A stretch of DNA of 64,000 nt from NCBI GenBank assembly GCA_947463445.1, contig CANHRS010000002.1:12580-76579 (forward strand), written 5' to 3'. The position numbers were made by a program, and so were the translations under genes. The DNA is from Flavobacteriia bacterium. GTDB taxonomy: Bacteria > Bacteroidota > Bacteroidia > Flavobacteriales_D > Crocinitomicaceae. Positions 30,201 to 38,552 of this stretch are shown one piece after another. Each line of letters begins with the position of its first letter. Position 1 is the stretch's first letter. The notes beneath the pieces were generated by a model. The model searched no databases. It worked only from the letters and a program-made list of their open reading frames with translations, and was not told the origin of the DNA.

Positions 30201-30394
30201 TATGTCGGATCATTTTTCTCTGTGCATTTATCCAAATACGTTCTAAATTCTTGTCGTGCAGCACCATATTGTTCTTTTGCAAACAAGTCTTGCGCACGTT
30301 CAAAAATAACGTATTCATTCGTGTACTTCGCAGTCATTTGCGCAGTTACAGGTAGGATAATAAAAAAAGTAAGGATAACCAAAAAACGGCTCAT
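27269..30394 (-). CDS. large tetratricopeptide-repeat protein, secreted
   Basis: 1041 aa from the ATG at 30394 (MSRFLVILTFFIILPVTAQ). Dozens of TPR-like A-x-x-x-Y/F helical repeats, and an acidic E/P/I-rich C-terminal tail. Confidence 0.85.
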   Translation of the reverse strand: MSRFLVILTFFIILPVTAQMTAKYTNEYVIFERAQDLFAKEQYGAARQEFRTYLDKCTEKNDPTYTKASYYEAMAALELQQNDAVALVENFIKNYPESIYKSTIYFKLGTYYYGKKDYKTTILWFTKLEKAEIPREQKDEYFFKLGYSYFQLKKFSESRNALYEVKNSKTTYGAPALYYFSHIAYQDKSYQTALEGFLKLKADNMYGSMVPYYICQIYYYQGKYEEVAQFASTLNDSTSKANQKQVNQIIGDSYYRTGNFDKATSYLEQYGKATKSSREEDYKLGYTYFKTGQYDKAIKQLDKVTTTKDEMGQLSYYHIAECYLRKGDNLAARKAFEVAASLDISPTVQEDALYNFAVLSYKIDVNPFNEALKALTLYLQKYPESKRKQEVYEYLINVYTQTSNYDEALKSLDKIAKMDIKLGTAYQIIAYNRGTELFLKGNYFKAIEAYELVDKHPVDLVISAKAKYWKSEAHFLSKNYIKAIQGFKSFLDFHTVYMHDLRADAYYSLGYAYLEKQEYKSVIESLKMYLEESKSVKNKEKRLDAYMRLADAYYMLKDNDLAIRYYKDAYDLKNGFEDQALYYISKAYEYKGDYANSILYLENLINTYTQSKYLMTSMYELGLTYRLQKQDAKALSYFEKVITDYPESILVKSAMIEIGDIYLKRSDYVTAEQTFKKVLESYSSDRKTCADAVNGLINMFKAQLQPDRVEEILTQYDCAEFSKDQQEEIYYQAAFDPYVDSAYTQAIPVIEKYLNKFPAGKFHIEMTSYLANAHFQLKHEDTAIKIYRKLLDGPTTDFSELAAVRVSKYLYNNKKYDEALTYYTKLENISSKADILKNTHIGLMRCHFISEHWNTASEYAGKVLSSSQLTSNIKLEAEFALGVSSYHLGKHVEAKKSLSFVIATTTTEIAAESRYLIAEMSFNDRAFDQAALEVKEVISMKPAYDYWIAKGLLLDAKIFVEKADLFQAEQTLNTIIENYPHQEDGILADAKKQLEEVMLKKIPPKAEEPIPVDQPTEIEIDESKPVEIEDIIEEIEPEKQN

Positions 30395-30548
30395 ATTCTT
30401 CAATTTTGAAATAGTAAATTTAAAGTGCATAATCGCTATGAAAAGCGCGTATTTTAAAAGTTTTACACGTGGCCGTGTTAAGATAATATTTAGAACGTTT
30501 CTTTTATAGAATTATTATTTATGAATTTTACACCAAAGTCATGCTAGT

Positions 30549-31256
30549 ATGGAACAAGTAATTTCATTAAAAAATTGCACAATAAAACAACAAGAGAAAG
30601 AAGTTTTATCGTCTGTTAATTTAGAGTTAAACGAGAACGATATCGTTTATTTAATTGGAAGAACCGGTACGGGTAAGAGTAGTATTTTAAAGTTGCTTTA
30701 TGGGGAACTTTTACTCAAAGAAGGGGAAGGTTCTGTGGTTGGATTTGACTTGCTTACATTAGGAAAAAAAGATATTCCGATGTTACGCCGAAAAATCGGT
30801 ATTGTTTTTCAAGATTTTCAGTTATTGACTGATAGATCGATATATGAAAATTTAGCTTTTGTTTTAAAAGCGACAGGATGGAAAGATAAAGCATTGATTG
30901 ATATTCGTATCAACGAAGTACTAGCTATTGTTGGCTTAGAAAAGAAATTGCAAACGATGCCTCATGCATTATCGGGCGGAGAGCAACAACGTGTTACTAT
31001 TGCGCGTGCTTTACTTAATAGACCTGAATTAATTTTAGCGGATGAGCCAACAGGTAATTTAGATCCTGAAACTTCGGAAGAAATTATGCGTGTATTAATG
31101 GCAATTGCACAAGAACAAAAAACAGCCGTGTTGATGGCTACACATGATATGTCGTTGGTAGAAAAATTTCCACACCGTGTTATGCGTGTAGAAAATAATA
31201 CTGTAAAAGAAGTAGAGGGTATGGGTACATTTAATCCTTTCGAGACGAAGTTTTAG
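30549..31256 (+). CDS. ABC transporter ATP-binding protein, FtsE-like
   Basis: Walker A GRTGTGKSS, signature LSGGEQQRV, Walker B LILADEPTGNLD. Its 235-aa size is typical of FtsE/LolD-class ATPases. Confidence 0.85.
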   Translation: MEQVISLKNCTIKQQEKEVLSSVNLELNENDIVYLIGRTGTGKSSILKLLYGELLLKEGEGSVVGFDLLTLGKKDIPMLRRKIGIVFQDFQLLTDRSIYENLAFVLKATGWKDKALIDIRINEVLAIVGLEKKLQTMPHALSGGEQQRVTIARALLNRPELILADEPTGNLDPETSEEIMRVLMAIAQEQKTAVLMATHDMSLVEKFPHRVMRVENNTVKEVEGMGTFNPFETKF

Positions 31257-31257
31257 T

Positions 31258-32448
31258 ATGCATCAAAAAAACGCTTTTCTCTTTATTTTTATCACCATTG
31301 TTATTGATTCTACTGGTTTAGGTATCATTATTCCCTCTTTACCAAGTTTAGTTGCCGATATTGCGCATATAAGTATTAAAGAATCTGCAAAGTATTATGG
31401 TCCAATTTTGGGCTGTTATGCCTGTATGCAGTTTTTGTTTTCTCCAATTATAGGTGCATTGAGTGATCGTTATGGTCGACGTCCGATTTTATTACTATCC
31501 TTGTTTGGGCTAGGAGTAGACTATGTGTTTATGTATTTTGCTCCGTCGTTGATCTGGTTAGTTGTTGGTCGCTGTTTAGCCGGAATGTTCGGTGCAAGCT
31601 ATACCACAGCAACTGCTTATATAGCAGATATTTCAACACCCGAAAATAAAACCAAAAACTTTGGAATGGTTGGTGCTGCATTCGGTATAGGTTTCGTAAT
31701 TGGTCCCGCAATCGGTGGGCTGTTAGGAGATTTTAATATGCGTGCACCATTTTTATTTGCAGCTGGTTTATCTTTATTGAATTTGATTTATGGTGCAATC
31801 GTACTAAAAGAATCCTTGTCTTTGGAAAATCGTCGTGCCTTTTCTTGGAAACGTTCGAATCCAATTGGTGCTTTTTTTCAATTGAAGAAATACAAAAAGT
31901 TTGCTTGGGTTTTTGTTGTTTTGTTTCTATTGTTTTTAGGTTCTATGGCCATTCAAAGTACTTGGAATTATTACACGATTGAAAAATTTGGTTGGAAAAT
32001 CCGTGATGTAGGTTATTCGTTGACGGCTGTTGGTGTTTGTATCGCCATCATTCAAGGAGGTTTAGCTGGTAAGATATCCCAGAAATTGGGGGATGAAAAA
32101 ACCGCAACGTTGAGTATGGTTATTACCGTATTTACCATGTTAGCCATTGCTTTTGCTACAAATAGTTGGATGTTATATGCTTTCATGTTACCATATGCCT
32201 TTTCTGGATTAGCACATCCTGCGATTAGTTCCATTTTGTCTAACAAAACATCTGAAAACGAACAGGGAGAATTACAGGGAGTGATGACGAGTGTTTTAAG
32301 TATCTCAGAAATTATTGGTCCACCAATGATGATGACTATTTTTTATTTCTTTTCTACGCTTTCTAACCCAATTTTAGGTATGCCATTTGTCTTTGGTAGT
32401 TTCTTTATTTTTATAGCACTTATTTTATTTAGAAGAGTGATAAAATAA
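31258..32448 (+). CDS. MFS transporter (drug:H+ antiporter / Tet-like family)
   Basis: 396 aa, ~12 TM segments, MFS motif A GALSDRYGRRP. Confidence 0.87.
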   Translation: MHQKNAFLFIFITIVIDSTGLGIIIPSLPSLVADIAHISIKESAKYYGPILGCYACMQFLFSPIIGALSDRYGRRPILLLSLFGLGVDYVFMYFAPSLIWLVVGRCLAGMFGASYTTATAYIADISTPENKTKNFGMVGAAFGIGFVIGPAIGGLLGDFNMRAPFLFAAGLSLLNLIYGAIVLKESLSLENRRAFSWKRSNPIGAFFQLKKYKKFAWVFVVLFLLFLGSMAIQSTWNYYTIEKFGWKIRDVGYSLTAVGVCIAIIQGGLAGKISQKLGDEKTATLSMVITVFTMLAIAFATNSWMLYAFMLPYAFSGLAHPAISSILSNKTSENEQGELQGVMTSVLSISEIIGPPMMMTIFYFFSTLSNPILGMPFVFGSFFIFIALILFRRVIK

Positions 32449-32454
32449 AAAAAT

Positions 32455-32484
32455 TGACTAAATTTGTCATGATAAATTATGTCA
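32455..32484 (+). promoter_or_regulatory. candidate operator: two adjacent 15-bp imperfect palindromes directly upstream of the HTH-Fic gene
   Basis: TGACTAAATTTGTCA (32455-32469) and TGATAAATTATGTCA (32470-32484) end 1 nt before the ATG at 32486. Confidence 0.35.
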
Positions 32485-32485
32485 A

Positions 32486-33535
32486 ATGAAGGCGCTATTA
32501 AAACATACCCGTCAAGAAAAAGGATTTAAAATTCGCGAACTTGCTCAATTAATGGGTGTAGATCAAGCGATTGTCAGTAAAATTGAAAGTGGAGCTCGTC
32601 AGGCTACGAAAGAGCAAATCTTAAAATTGGCGTCTATCTTAGAGATTCCAGAAGAAACACTTTTACCACTTTGGATTAAAGATCGTTTACTGAATGAACT
32701 ACAATACGAACCTTACGCAGCGCAAGCTATACATATGGTTCAAGAAGAGTTAGGGAATTATATTACAAAGCAAGTACCACCTCTTTCACAATCCTTACAA
32801 GAAAAATTAGCTCACATTGATTCCTTAAAGGCTAAATTAGACACATTTCGTCAATACGATAGTTACCGAATTGCACAAGCTTTGGAGTTGGAATATACCT
32901 TTGAAAGTAACCGTATCGAAGGAAATACACTTACCTTACGTGAAACTGATTTGGTAATCAATGAAGGATTGACTGTTTCCGGAAAAAGTATGCGCGAACA
33001 TTTGGAGGCTATTAATCATCAGGAAGCGATTTTGTATGTCAAAGAATTGGTACAAAAGAAAACCAAGATCAATGAACGAGAAGTATTAGTGATGCATAAC
33101 CTCATTTTACGAGGAATAATGCCTGAATACGCTGGTAAATACAGAAACATACAAGTCATGATCAAAGGAAGTGCGCATACTCCTCCACAGCCTTTTTTGG
33201 TCGCCAAACAGATGGAAGAATTGTACCTTTGGTATGCTACTAATTGCAAAACGTATCACCCAGTGTTGTTGGCAGCAGAAATGCACGAACGTTTGGTAAC
33301 CATACACCCATTTGTAGATGGAAATGGTCGAACATCGCGTTTATTAATGAACTTGATTTTATTAAGTAATGGTTTTGTGATTGCGAATATCAAAGGGGAT
33401 TACGAAACGCGCATGCAATATTATACTACTTTAGAACAAGCACAAACAACGGATTCCAAAGAAGAATTTCATCATTTTATTGCGGATGTGGAGATAGAAT
33501 GTTTGGAGAAATATTTGAAGATATTGGGGGGGTAG
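32486..33535 (+). CDS. XRE-type HTH domain fused to a class II Fic (AMPylase-family) domain
   Basis: N-terminal HTH (IRELAQLMGVDQAIVSKIESGARQAT). Fic active-site motif HPFVDGNGRTSR. An upstream inhibitory-helix motif (S/T)xxxE(G/N) is present as SNRIEG. Confidence 0.9.
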   Translation: MKALLKHTRQEKGFKIRELAQLMGVDQAIVSKIESGARQATKEQILKLASILEIPEETLLPLWIKDRLLNELQYEPYAAQAIHMVQEELGNYITKQVPPLSQSLQEKLAHIDSLKAKLDTFRQYDSYRIAQALELEYTFESNRIEGNTLTLRETDLVINEGLTVSGKSMREHLEAINHQEAILYVKELVQKKTKINEREVLVMHNLILRGIMPEYAGKYRNIQVMIKGSAHTPPQPFLVAKQMEELYLWYATNCKTYHPVLLAAEMHERLVTIHPFVDGNGRTSRLLMNLILLSNGFVIANIKGDYETRMQYYTTLEQAQTTDSKEEFHHFIADVEIECLEKYLKILGG

Positions 33536-33560
33536 TTATTGGATTATGTTTCACGCATAT

Positions 33561-33598
33561 GTATTGTAGGTATAGGGCATGCCCTATACCTACAATAC
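33561..33598. terminator. 38-bp perfect palindrome between convergent genes (probable bidirectional terminator)
   Basis: GTATTGTAGGTATAGGGCATGCCCTATACCTACAATAC is its own reverse complement. Confidence 0.55.
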
Positions 33599-33615
33599 AA
33601 TAATTGCAATAAATT

Positions 33616-34494
33616 TTATCCCTCAATATTAATTTCAAAGGAAATCACCTTTGTTTCTCCAGCTTTCAAAAGTTGAATTCCTTCTTTTTGTGTAAAATCT
33701 TGAATTGTATTTACAGCATCAGAAATTCCTAACCAGGGTTCGATACAAACGAAAGGAGCATTTGGTTTAGCCCATAATCCAAGGTATTCGAATGCAGAGA
33801 TATCCATTGTTAATGCTACGGAATGATTTTTCGATTTCAACGCAATCGTCTTTGACTTTAAATTTTTGAAAATCAAGGCATCTTTTGCAAATATTTCTGC
33901 GTGAAGCGGAAGTATTTTAACCTCATTTAAATAGGAAATCGATTCATTTTCAATCAGTCCTTCCTTACTTACTAGCCACGTTTTATCTGTTTCCGGTACT
34001 TCAAATTCGATGTAATAATCTTCGTACTTTTCGTTTTCAAAAAATGGACAATTGAAACCTGGATGTCCTCCGAGAGAGAAATACATCGGGTTTTTAATAT
34101 CGTGATTAATAATGGTATGTTCAACTTTTACGCCGTTTTCATTTAGTATATATCGTATGATAAATTCATAGTTAAACGGATAATTCTTCAAAGATTCTTC
34201 CGTGTGAATAGAACGAAATTCAATGCAATTTTCCCCAATGATTTTACTTTCCAAACTTGCATTATTTCGAATAAATCCATGTTTTGGAACGGAATATGTA
34301 CCTTCTTCAAATAAAAATTTTCCATCTTTTAAACAACCAATAATTGGAAATAGTACAGGTGCATGACTTCCCCAAATCGTAGGATTTGCTTGCCACATAA
34401 ACTCCATATTTTTTTCTTTGGAGAATAAACTACACAATTCTGCACCAATTTTGGTGACTGAAATCTTGAAGGAGGAGTTTTGGATGGTGAGCAT
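33616..34494 (-). CDS. aldose 1-epimerase family protein
   Basis: 292 aa from the ATG at 34494. Mutarotase-like blocks (VLFPIIGCLKDGKF, VPKHGFIRN, LGGHPGFN). Overall resemblance only. Confidence 0.7.
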   Translation of the reverse strand: MLTIQNSSFKISVTKIGAELCSLFSKEKNMEFMWQANPTIWGSHAPVLFPIIGCLKDGKFLFEEGTYSVPKHGFIRNNASLESKIIGENCIEFRSIHTEESLKNYPFNYEFIIRYILNENGVKVEHTIINHDIKNPMYFSLGGHPGFNCPFFENEKYEDYYIEFEVPETDKTWLVSKEGLIENESISYLNEVKILPLHAEIFAKDALIFKNLKSKTIALKSKNHSVALTMDISAFEYLGLWAKPNAPFVCIEPWLGISDAVNTIQDFTQKEGIQLLKAGETKVISFEINIEG

Positions 34495-34638
34495 GATGGA
34501 AATATTAATCTTCACGTAAAAATAATTAATATACTATCCATCCTTATCAAATTCGTATTAAGAAACGATGGTTTCATCTAAAAATGGTTGTTCTTTTGTA
34601 AATATATATGCAGTTTTACATTCAACAATAAATTTATT

Positions 34639-35568
34639 ATGAAAAAACTCCTTATTACATTTTCAATTTTATTAGCATTGAACATCCATGCCCAAAACAT
34701 AACCTTCAAATCAGACACCTTATATCCAGAAGGGATTTCCTACCACGCAAAACGCGATGTGTTCTTTGTGAGTTCGTTGCGTCATGGTAAAATTGGAACA
34801 GTAGATCGTAAGGGAAATTATAAGGTATTTGTCGATTCTCCGGAAATGATTTCTGCGATTGGCTTACGTTTGAATGAAAAAACGAACACCTTGTATGTGT
34901 GTACGTCAGATCCAGGTGTTTCAACCAAAACGACTCTTTCTACACAACGAAAATTCGCTAAGTTAATTGCGTATGACGCAACCACTGGTGCACAAAAGTA
35001 TATTGCTGATTTGGGAGCATTGAATGCTGGAGGGTTAAATTTCGCGAATGATGTGACTTTTGACAATGAAGGAAATGTGTATGTAACCAATAGTTTTTCA
35101 CCAATCATTTACAAAGTGGATGCTGCTGGAAATCCTTCTATTTTCACGACGAACGATGAATGGAAAGGAGAAGGATTTAAATTGAACGGAATCGTTTTTC
35201 ATCCAGATGGGTTTTTAATGGCTGTCTCAAGTCCTGGAATATTGTATAAAATTCCAGTTAAGAAACCACAAGATATTAAAAAAGTGAAATGTATATTGTT
35301 ACTTGGAGCAGATGGACTTATTTATAACCCTGCAAATAAAGAGTTGGTGGTCATTTCAAATGTTAGTCAAGAAATTACAAGAATGAGATCTACTGATAAT
35401 TGGGAAAGCGCACTTCCTTGGGATCGTTTTAGAAGTGTAAATACTTTTCCAACAACTGGAACAATTGGGGGATCCTATTATTATATTTTAAATGCAAAAT
35501 TGAACGAGTTGTTTGATGCAAAAGCAGCTAAAACTTCTACTTTTGTAATTCAAGAAATTAGGTTTTAG
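34639..35568 (+). CDS. secreted six-bladed beta-propeller protein (SMP-30/gluconolactonase/LRE-like)
   Basis: Signal peptide MKKLLITFSILLALNIHAQ at the internal ATG. Repeats such as NFANDVTFDNEGNVYVTNSF. Confidence 0.55.
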   Translation: MKKLLITFSILLALNIHAQNITFKSDTLYPEGISYHAKRDVFFVSSLRHGKIGTVDRKGNYKVFVDSPEMISAIGLRLNEKTNTLYVCTSDPGVSTKTTLSTQRKFAKLIAYDATTGAQKYIADLGALNAGGLNFANDVTFDNEGNVYVTNSFSPIIYKVDAAGNPSIFTTNDEWKGEGFKLNGIVFHPDGFLMAVSSPGILYKIPVKKPQDIKKVKCILLLGADGLIYNPANKELVVISNVSQEITRMRSTDNWESALPWDRFRSVNTFPTTGTIGGSYYYILNAKLNELFDAKAAKTSTFVIQEIRF

Positions 35569-36233
35569 AGAATTGTAGTTTTAACTATTTCAATCAATTC
35601 TTCTTCACTAGCTGATTTCAAGGTTTTCCAAACAGTTAATTTGTTTTTCATTAAATAACGTTTCGTCGTTTCCCCCCAAGCAATTACTTTGGTAGTTTCT
35701 GAGATTGTATTTTCTTTCAAAAAACCTTCAGCATTGGAAGGACTTGTAAATACAATACAATCAAACTGTTGCTCAATTATTTTAGAATTTATTATCGTTT
35801 CATACACGATACAACAGCTACTCTTAGAGCTGTTTAGCTGTGTTAAAATAGATTTTTTACTCTCTTTTGCTAATACGACAGTAATCGTTCGGTCACCCAA
35901 CCAGGAAGCTAACTCTTGGGATATTACCTCCGGTTGACCAGCGTTTTTACCTACAAAATGAACAGGTATTCCTTTGGATTGAAGGTGAATTTTTGTGGAT
36001 TCTCCAATACATGCTATAGTAGTATTTTCTGAAATTTTAGTTTGTTGATGAAAATAATCTACAGCGCGTTTACTACTAAAAAACAAGACATCCGAAGTTG
36101 TTGTTTCTGAAATATTTACCTGTTTAAATGTTAAAAAAGAGTGATAAAGAATAGCAATATTCTGAGATATACAGTAGTCGTATAATGCTCCTTTATCGTC
36201 TTTAGATTTTGTAATTAAGATAGAACGAATCAC
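35565..36233 (-). CDS. hemD: uroporphyrinogen-III synthase
   Basis: 222 aa. The GTG start overlaps the hemC stop (GTGA). Its position as the third gene of hemA-hemC-hemD and its size fit HemD. Sequence motifs are weak. Confidence 0.68.
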   Translation of the reverse strand: MIRSILITKSKDDKGALYDYCISQNIAILYHSFLTFKQVNISETTTSDVLFFSSKRAVDYFHQQTKISENTTIACIGESTKIHLQSKGIPVHFVGKNAGQPEVISQELASWLGDRTITVVLAKESKKSILTQLNSSKSSCCIVYETIINSKIIEQQFDCIVFTSPSNAEGFLKENTISETTKVIAWGETTKRYLMKNKLTVWKTLKSASEEELIEIVKTTIL

Positions 36234-37126
36234 GCCTCTACACTTGCATTCTTTAGATCAGAAACAATTTGTGCAACTACCTCATCCAAATTTTCAGGCT
36301 CGTAATAATATCCTTTTGCTGCTACATTGGAAGAAGTCGCATGAGAAACAAATACTTGTTTTTCGTTAGGACAATATACACCTAAAGGTAGTTGACATCC
36401 ACCATCCAATAGGTTTAATACTTTACGCTCAATTCCAATACGTTTAGCAACATCTGTGTGATTTAAGTGTTGCATAATTTCTGCCATGCGTGTATCGTCT
36501 TCGCGAATTTGAAGTCCTAGAACACCTTGTGCAGGGGCAGGAACAAATTCCGTTGGATTTAATACTTCTACAAAAAATTCAGAAAGATCTAATTGTAAAC
36601 GGTCAACTCCTGCTTTTGCTAATACAATCGCATCGTAGTTTCCATCGCGTAATTTTTGTATACGTGTTGGAACATTTCCGCGTAAATCACAAATTTTCAA
36701 ATCATTTCTAAAACGAAGAATTTGTGATTTTCTGCGAGCAGATGAAGTTCCAATGGAAGCATCTAGTGCTAAATTCCAAGGTTGTGTTGTATCTACTTTA
36801 GATTTAGCAATTAATAATAAATCGGAAGGATCCTCGCGTTCAGAAACTGCTGCAATCACTAATCCTACTGGTGGATTAGTTTCTAAATCTTTGTGTGAAT
36901 GTACAGCTAAATCGATGCTTTTTTCTAACAATGCTGTCTCAATTTCTTTTGTGAAAAATCCTTTTCCTTCTAATTTATCGAAACTTAAGTGTTGAATTGC
37001 ATCTCCTTGAGTAACAATTACCTTGATTTCCACCTCGTGTCCAAGGTTTTCCAGTTGTCGTTTTACATGATTTGCTTGCCATAATGCCAAGTCACTTCCT
37101 CTGGATCCAATGGTAATTTTTTGCAT
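36230..37126 (-). CDS. hemC: hydroxymethylbilane synthase (porphobilinogen deaminase)
   Basis: N-terminal IGSRGSDLALWQANHV, a conserved GTSSARR block, and the cofactor Cys in LDGGCQLPLG. Confidence 0.95.
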   Translation of the reverse strand: MQKITIGSRGSDLALWQANHVKRQLENLGHEVEIKVIVTQGDAIQHLSFDKLEGKGFFTKEIETALLEKSIDLAVHSHKDLETNPPVGLVIAAVSEREDPSDLLLIAKSKVDTTQPWNLALDASIGTSSARRKSQILRFRNDLKICDLRGNVPTRIQKLRDGNYDAIVLAKAGVDRLQLDLSEFFVEVLNPTEFVPAPAQGVLGLQIREDDTRMAEIMQHLNHTDVAKRIGIERKVLNLLDGGCQLPLGVYCPNEKQVFVSHATSSNVAAKGYYYEPENLDEVVAQIVSDLKNASVEA

Positions 37127-37130
37127 ATGT

Positions 37131-38357
37131 TTACGATTTAAGCATAATTTCTTTCGCTAGTTTCATGGGCATACTCATGTATTTTTTCTCCATGTAACCA
37201 ATAATTTTATCTAACACCTCGCGCGAATCGTCGTCAAGGGTTTGTAATTCTTTTTTAAATACTTCGTTGACCGCAGTTGCACGTATATCTTTTACCATAT
37301 TTGGTACTTCACGCATCGCAATTTCTACTTGGCGCATTTTGTGTATGTACATAAAAGATTCGACAGCATCGGAAAGTATTTGTTCTACATGCACAATTTC
37401 TTTAGAACGTTCTAATAAATTTCGATCAGATATTTTTTGAAGATAATCAATTGAAATATGCGTTACATGATTGTTTTTTACAATTTCTGCATCTAAATCG
37501 TGCGGAATGGCAATATCTATTACCACTTTTTTTGTTTTCTCTTCTTGAAGTAAGTGTGTGTAAATTTCAGGAGTAATTATAGGCGCTTCCGAACCAGTGC
37601 AGGTAATAATAATATCAAATCCTTTATCAAAAGACTGTAGCGAATTTAATCCGTAACCACTACCATGTAAGTCTTTTGCTAGAAGTTCTGCTTTTTCTAC
37701 CGTACGATTAAATACGGTGAAATTTTTAAAACCGTGCTTTCTTAAAAATTTGGCCATGTTACTATTGGTCATACCAGCACCAATCATCAGTACCCGTGCA
37801 TCTAGTGATATGTCCATGTCGCGCAAGGTGTGGTAAGCAAGAGCGACAACAGATACTGGTTTATTCGCAATGCTAGTTTCCGTGTACACTCTTTTTGCAG
37901 TTTCTACGGTATGACGCATTACTACACGAATAAAATCACCTGTAAGTCCCATTTCTTTCGAAGCGTCAAACGCATTTCTAACTTGGGTAATGATTTCACG
38001 TTCCCCTACTATCATGGAATCGATAGACGAAGCAACTTGGAGTATATGTTCAATTGCATGCACTCCGGAGTACGATTCAACGGTATTTTCGAAGTGTGTT
38101 ATTTGAGTTGTTTCGTAGTGAGGATAAAGTGTTTGGAAGAAAGTAGGAATGAAATTATTGTCTACATTTTTGGGTGTACAAAACAAAAATTCTACTCGAT
38201 TACACGTGGAAAGAAACATTAATTCCTCTAATTCCATCGTTTGTTTGAACAGGTTAAGTACTTCTTTCTGCTTGTCTAATTCAATATGAAGTTTTCCTAC
38301 TTCACTGACGTCCATATTTTTATGGGTAAACGCAAGTATATGAAACTGTTCTAACAT
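37131..38357 (-). CDS. hemA: glutamyl-tRNA reductase
   Basis: Catalytic-Cys motif LSTCNRVEF, the NADPH-binding block MIGAGMT, and 408 aa length. Confidence 0.95.
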   Translation of the reverse strand: MLEQFHILAFTHKNMDVSEVGKLHIELDKQKEVLNLFKQTMELEELMFLSTCNRVEFLFCTPKNVDNNFIPTFFQTLYPHYETTQITHFENTVESYSGVHAIEHILQVASSIDSMIVGEREIITQVRNAFDASKEMGLTGDFIRVVMRHTVETAKRVYTETSIANKPVSVVALAYHTLRDMDISLDARVLMIGAGMTNSNMAKFLRKHGFKNFTVFNRTVEKAELLAKDLHGSGYGLNSLQSFDKGFDIIITCTGSEAPIITPEIYTHLLQEEKTKKVVIDIAIPHDLDAEIVKNNHVTHISIDYLQKISDRNLLERSKEIVHVEQILSDAVESFMYIHKMRQVEIAMREVPNMVKDIRATAVNEVFKKELQTLDDDSREVLDKIIGYMEKKYMSMPMKLAKEIMLKS

Positions 38358-38552
38358 CCTCTCTTCTTTTACGAGTTCAAATTTGGGTTTTTAGGATAGT
38401 TTTTTTGTCATAGAATTGTCAGAATACGTAATTTAGAATTAGTTTAAATAATCTAGTAGAAGAATTTACTTCGATTTGTATTTAACTCGAAAAATCGTAA
38501 CTTTATTCAAACTTTTTCCAAATTCATAACCTTTAACCAATAATTTAAAACC

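Noticed and set aside
35565-38357. hemA-hemC-hemD cluster as something unusual
   Set aside because: It is a standard tetrapyrrole operon with overlapping and closely spaced genes. Only the weak HemD motifs lower the confidence of that one call.
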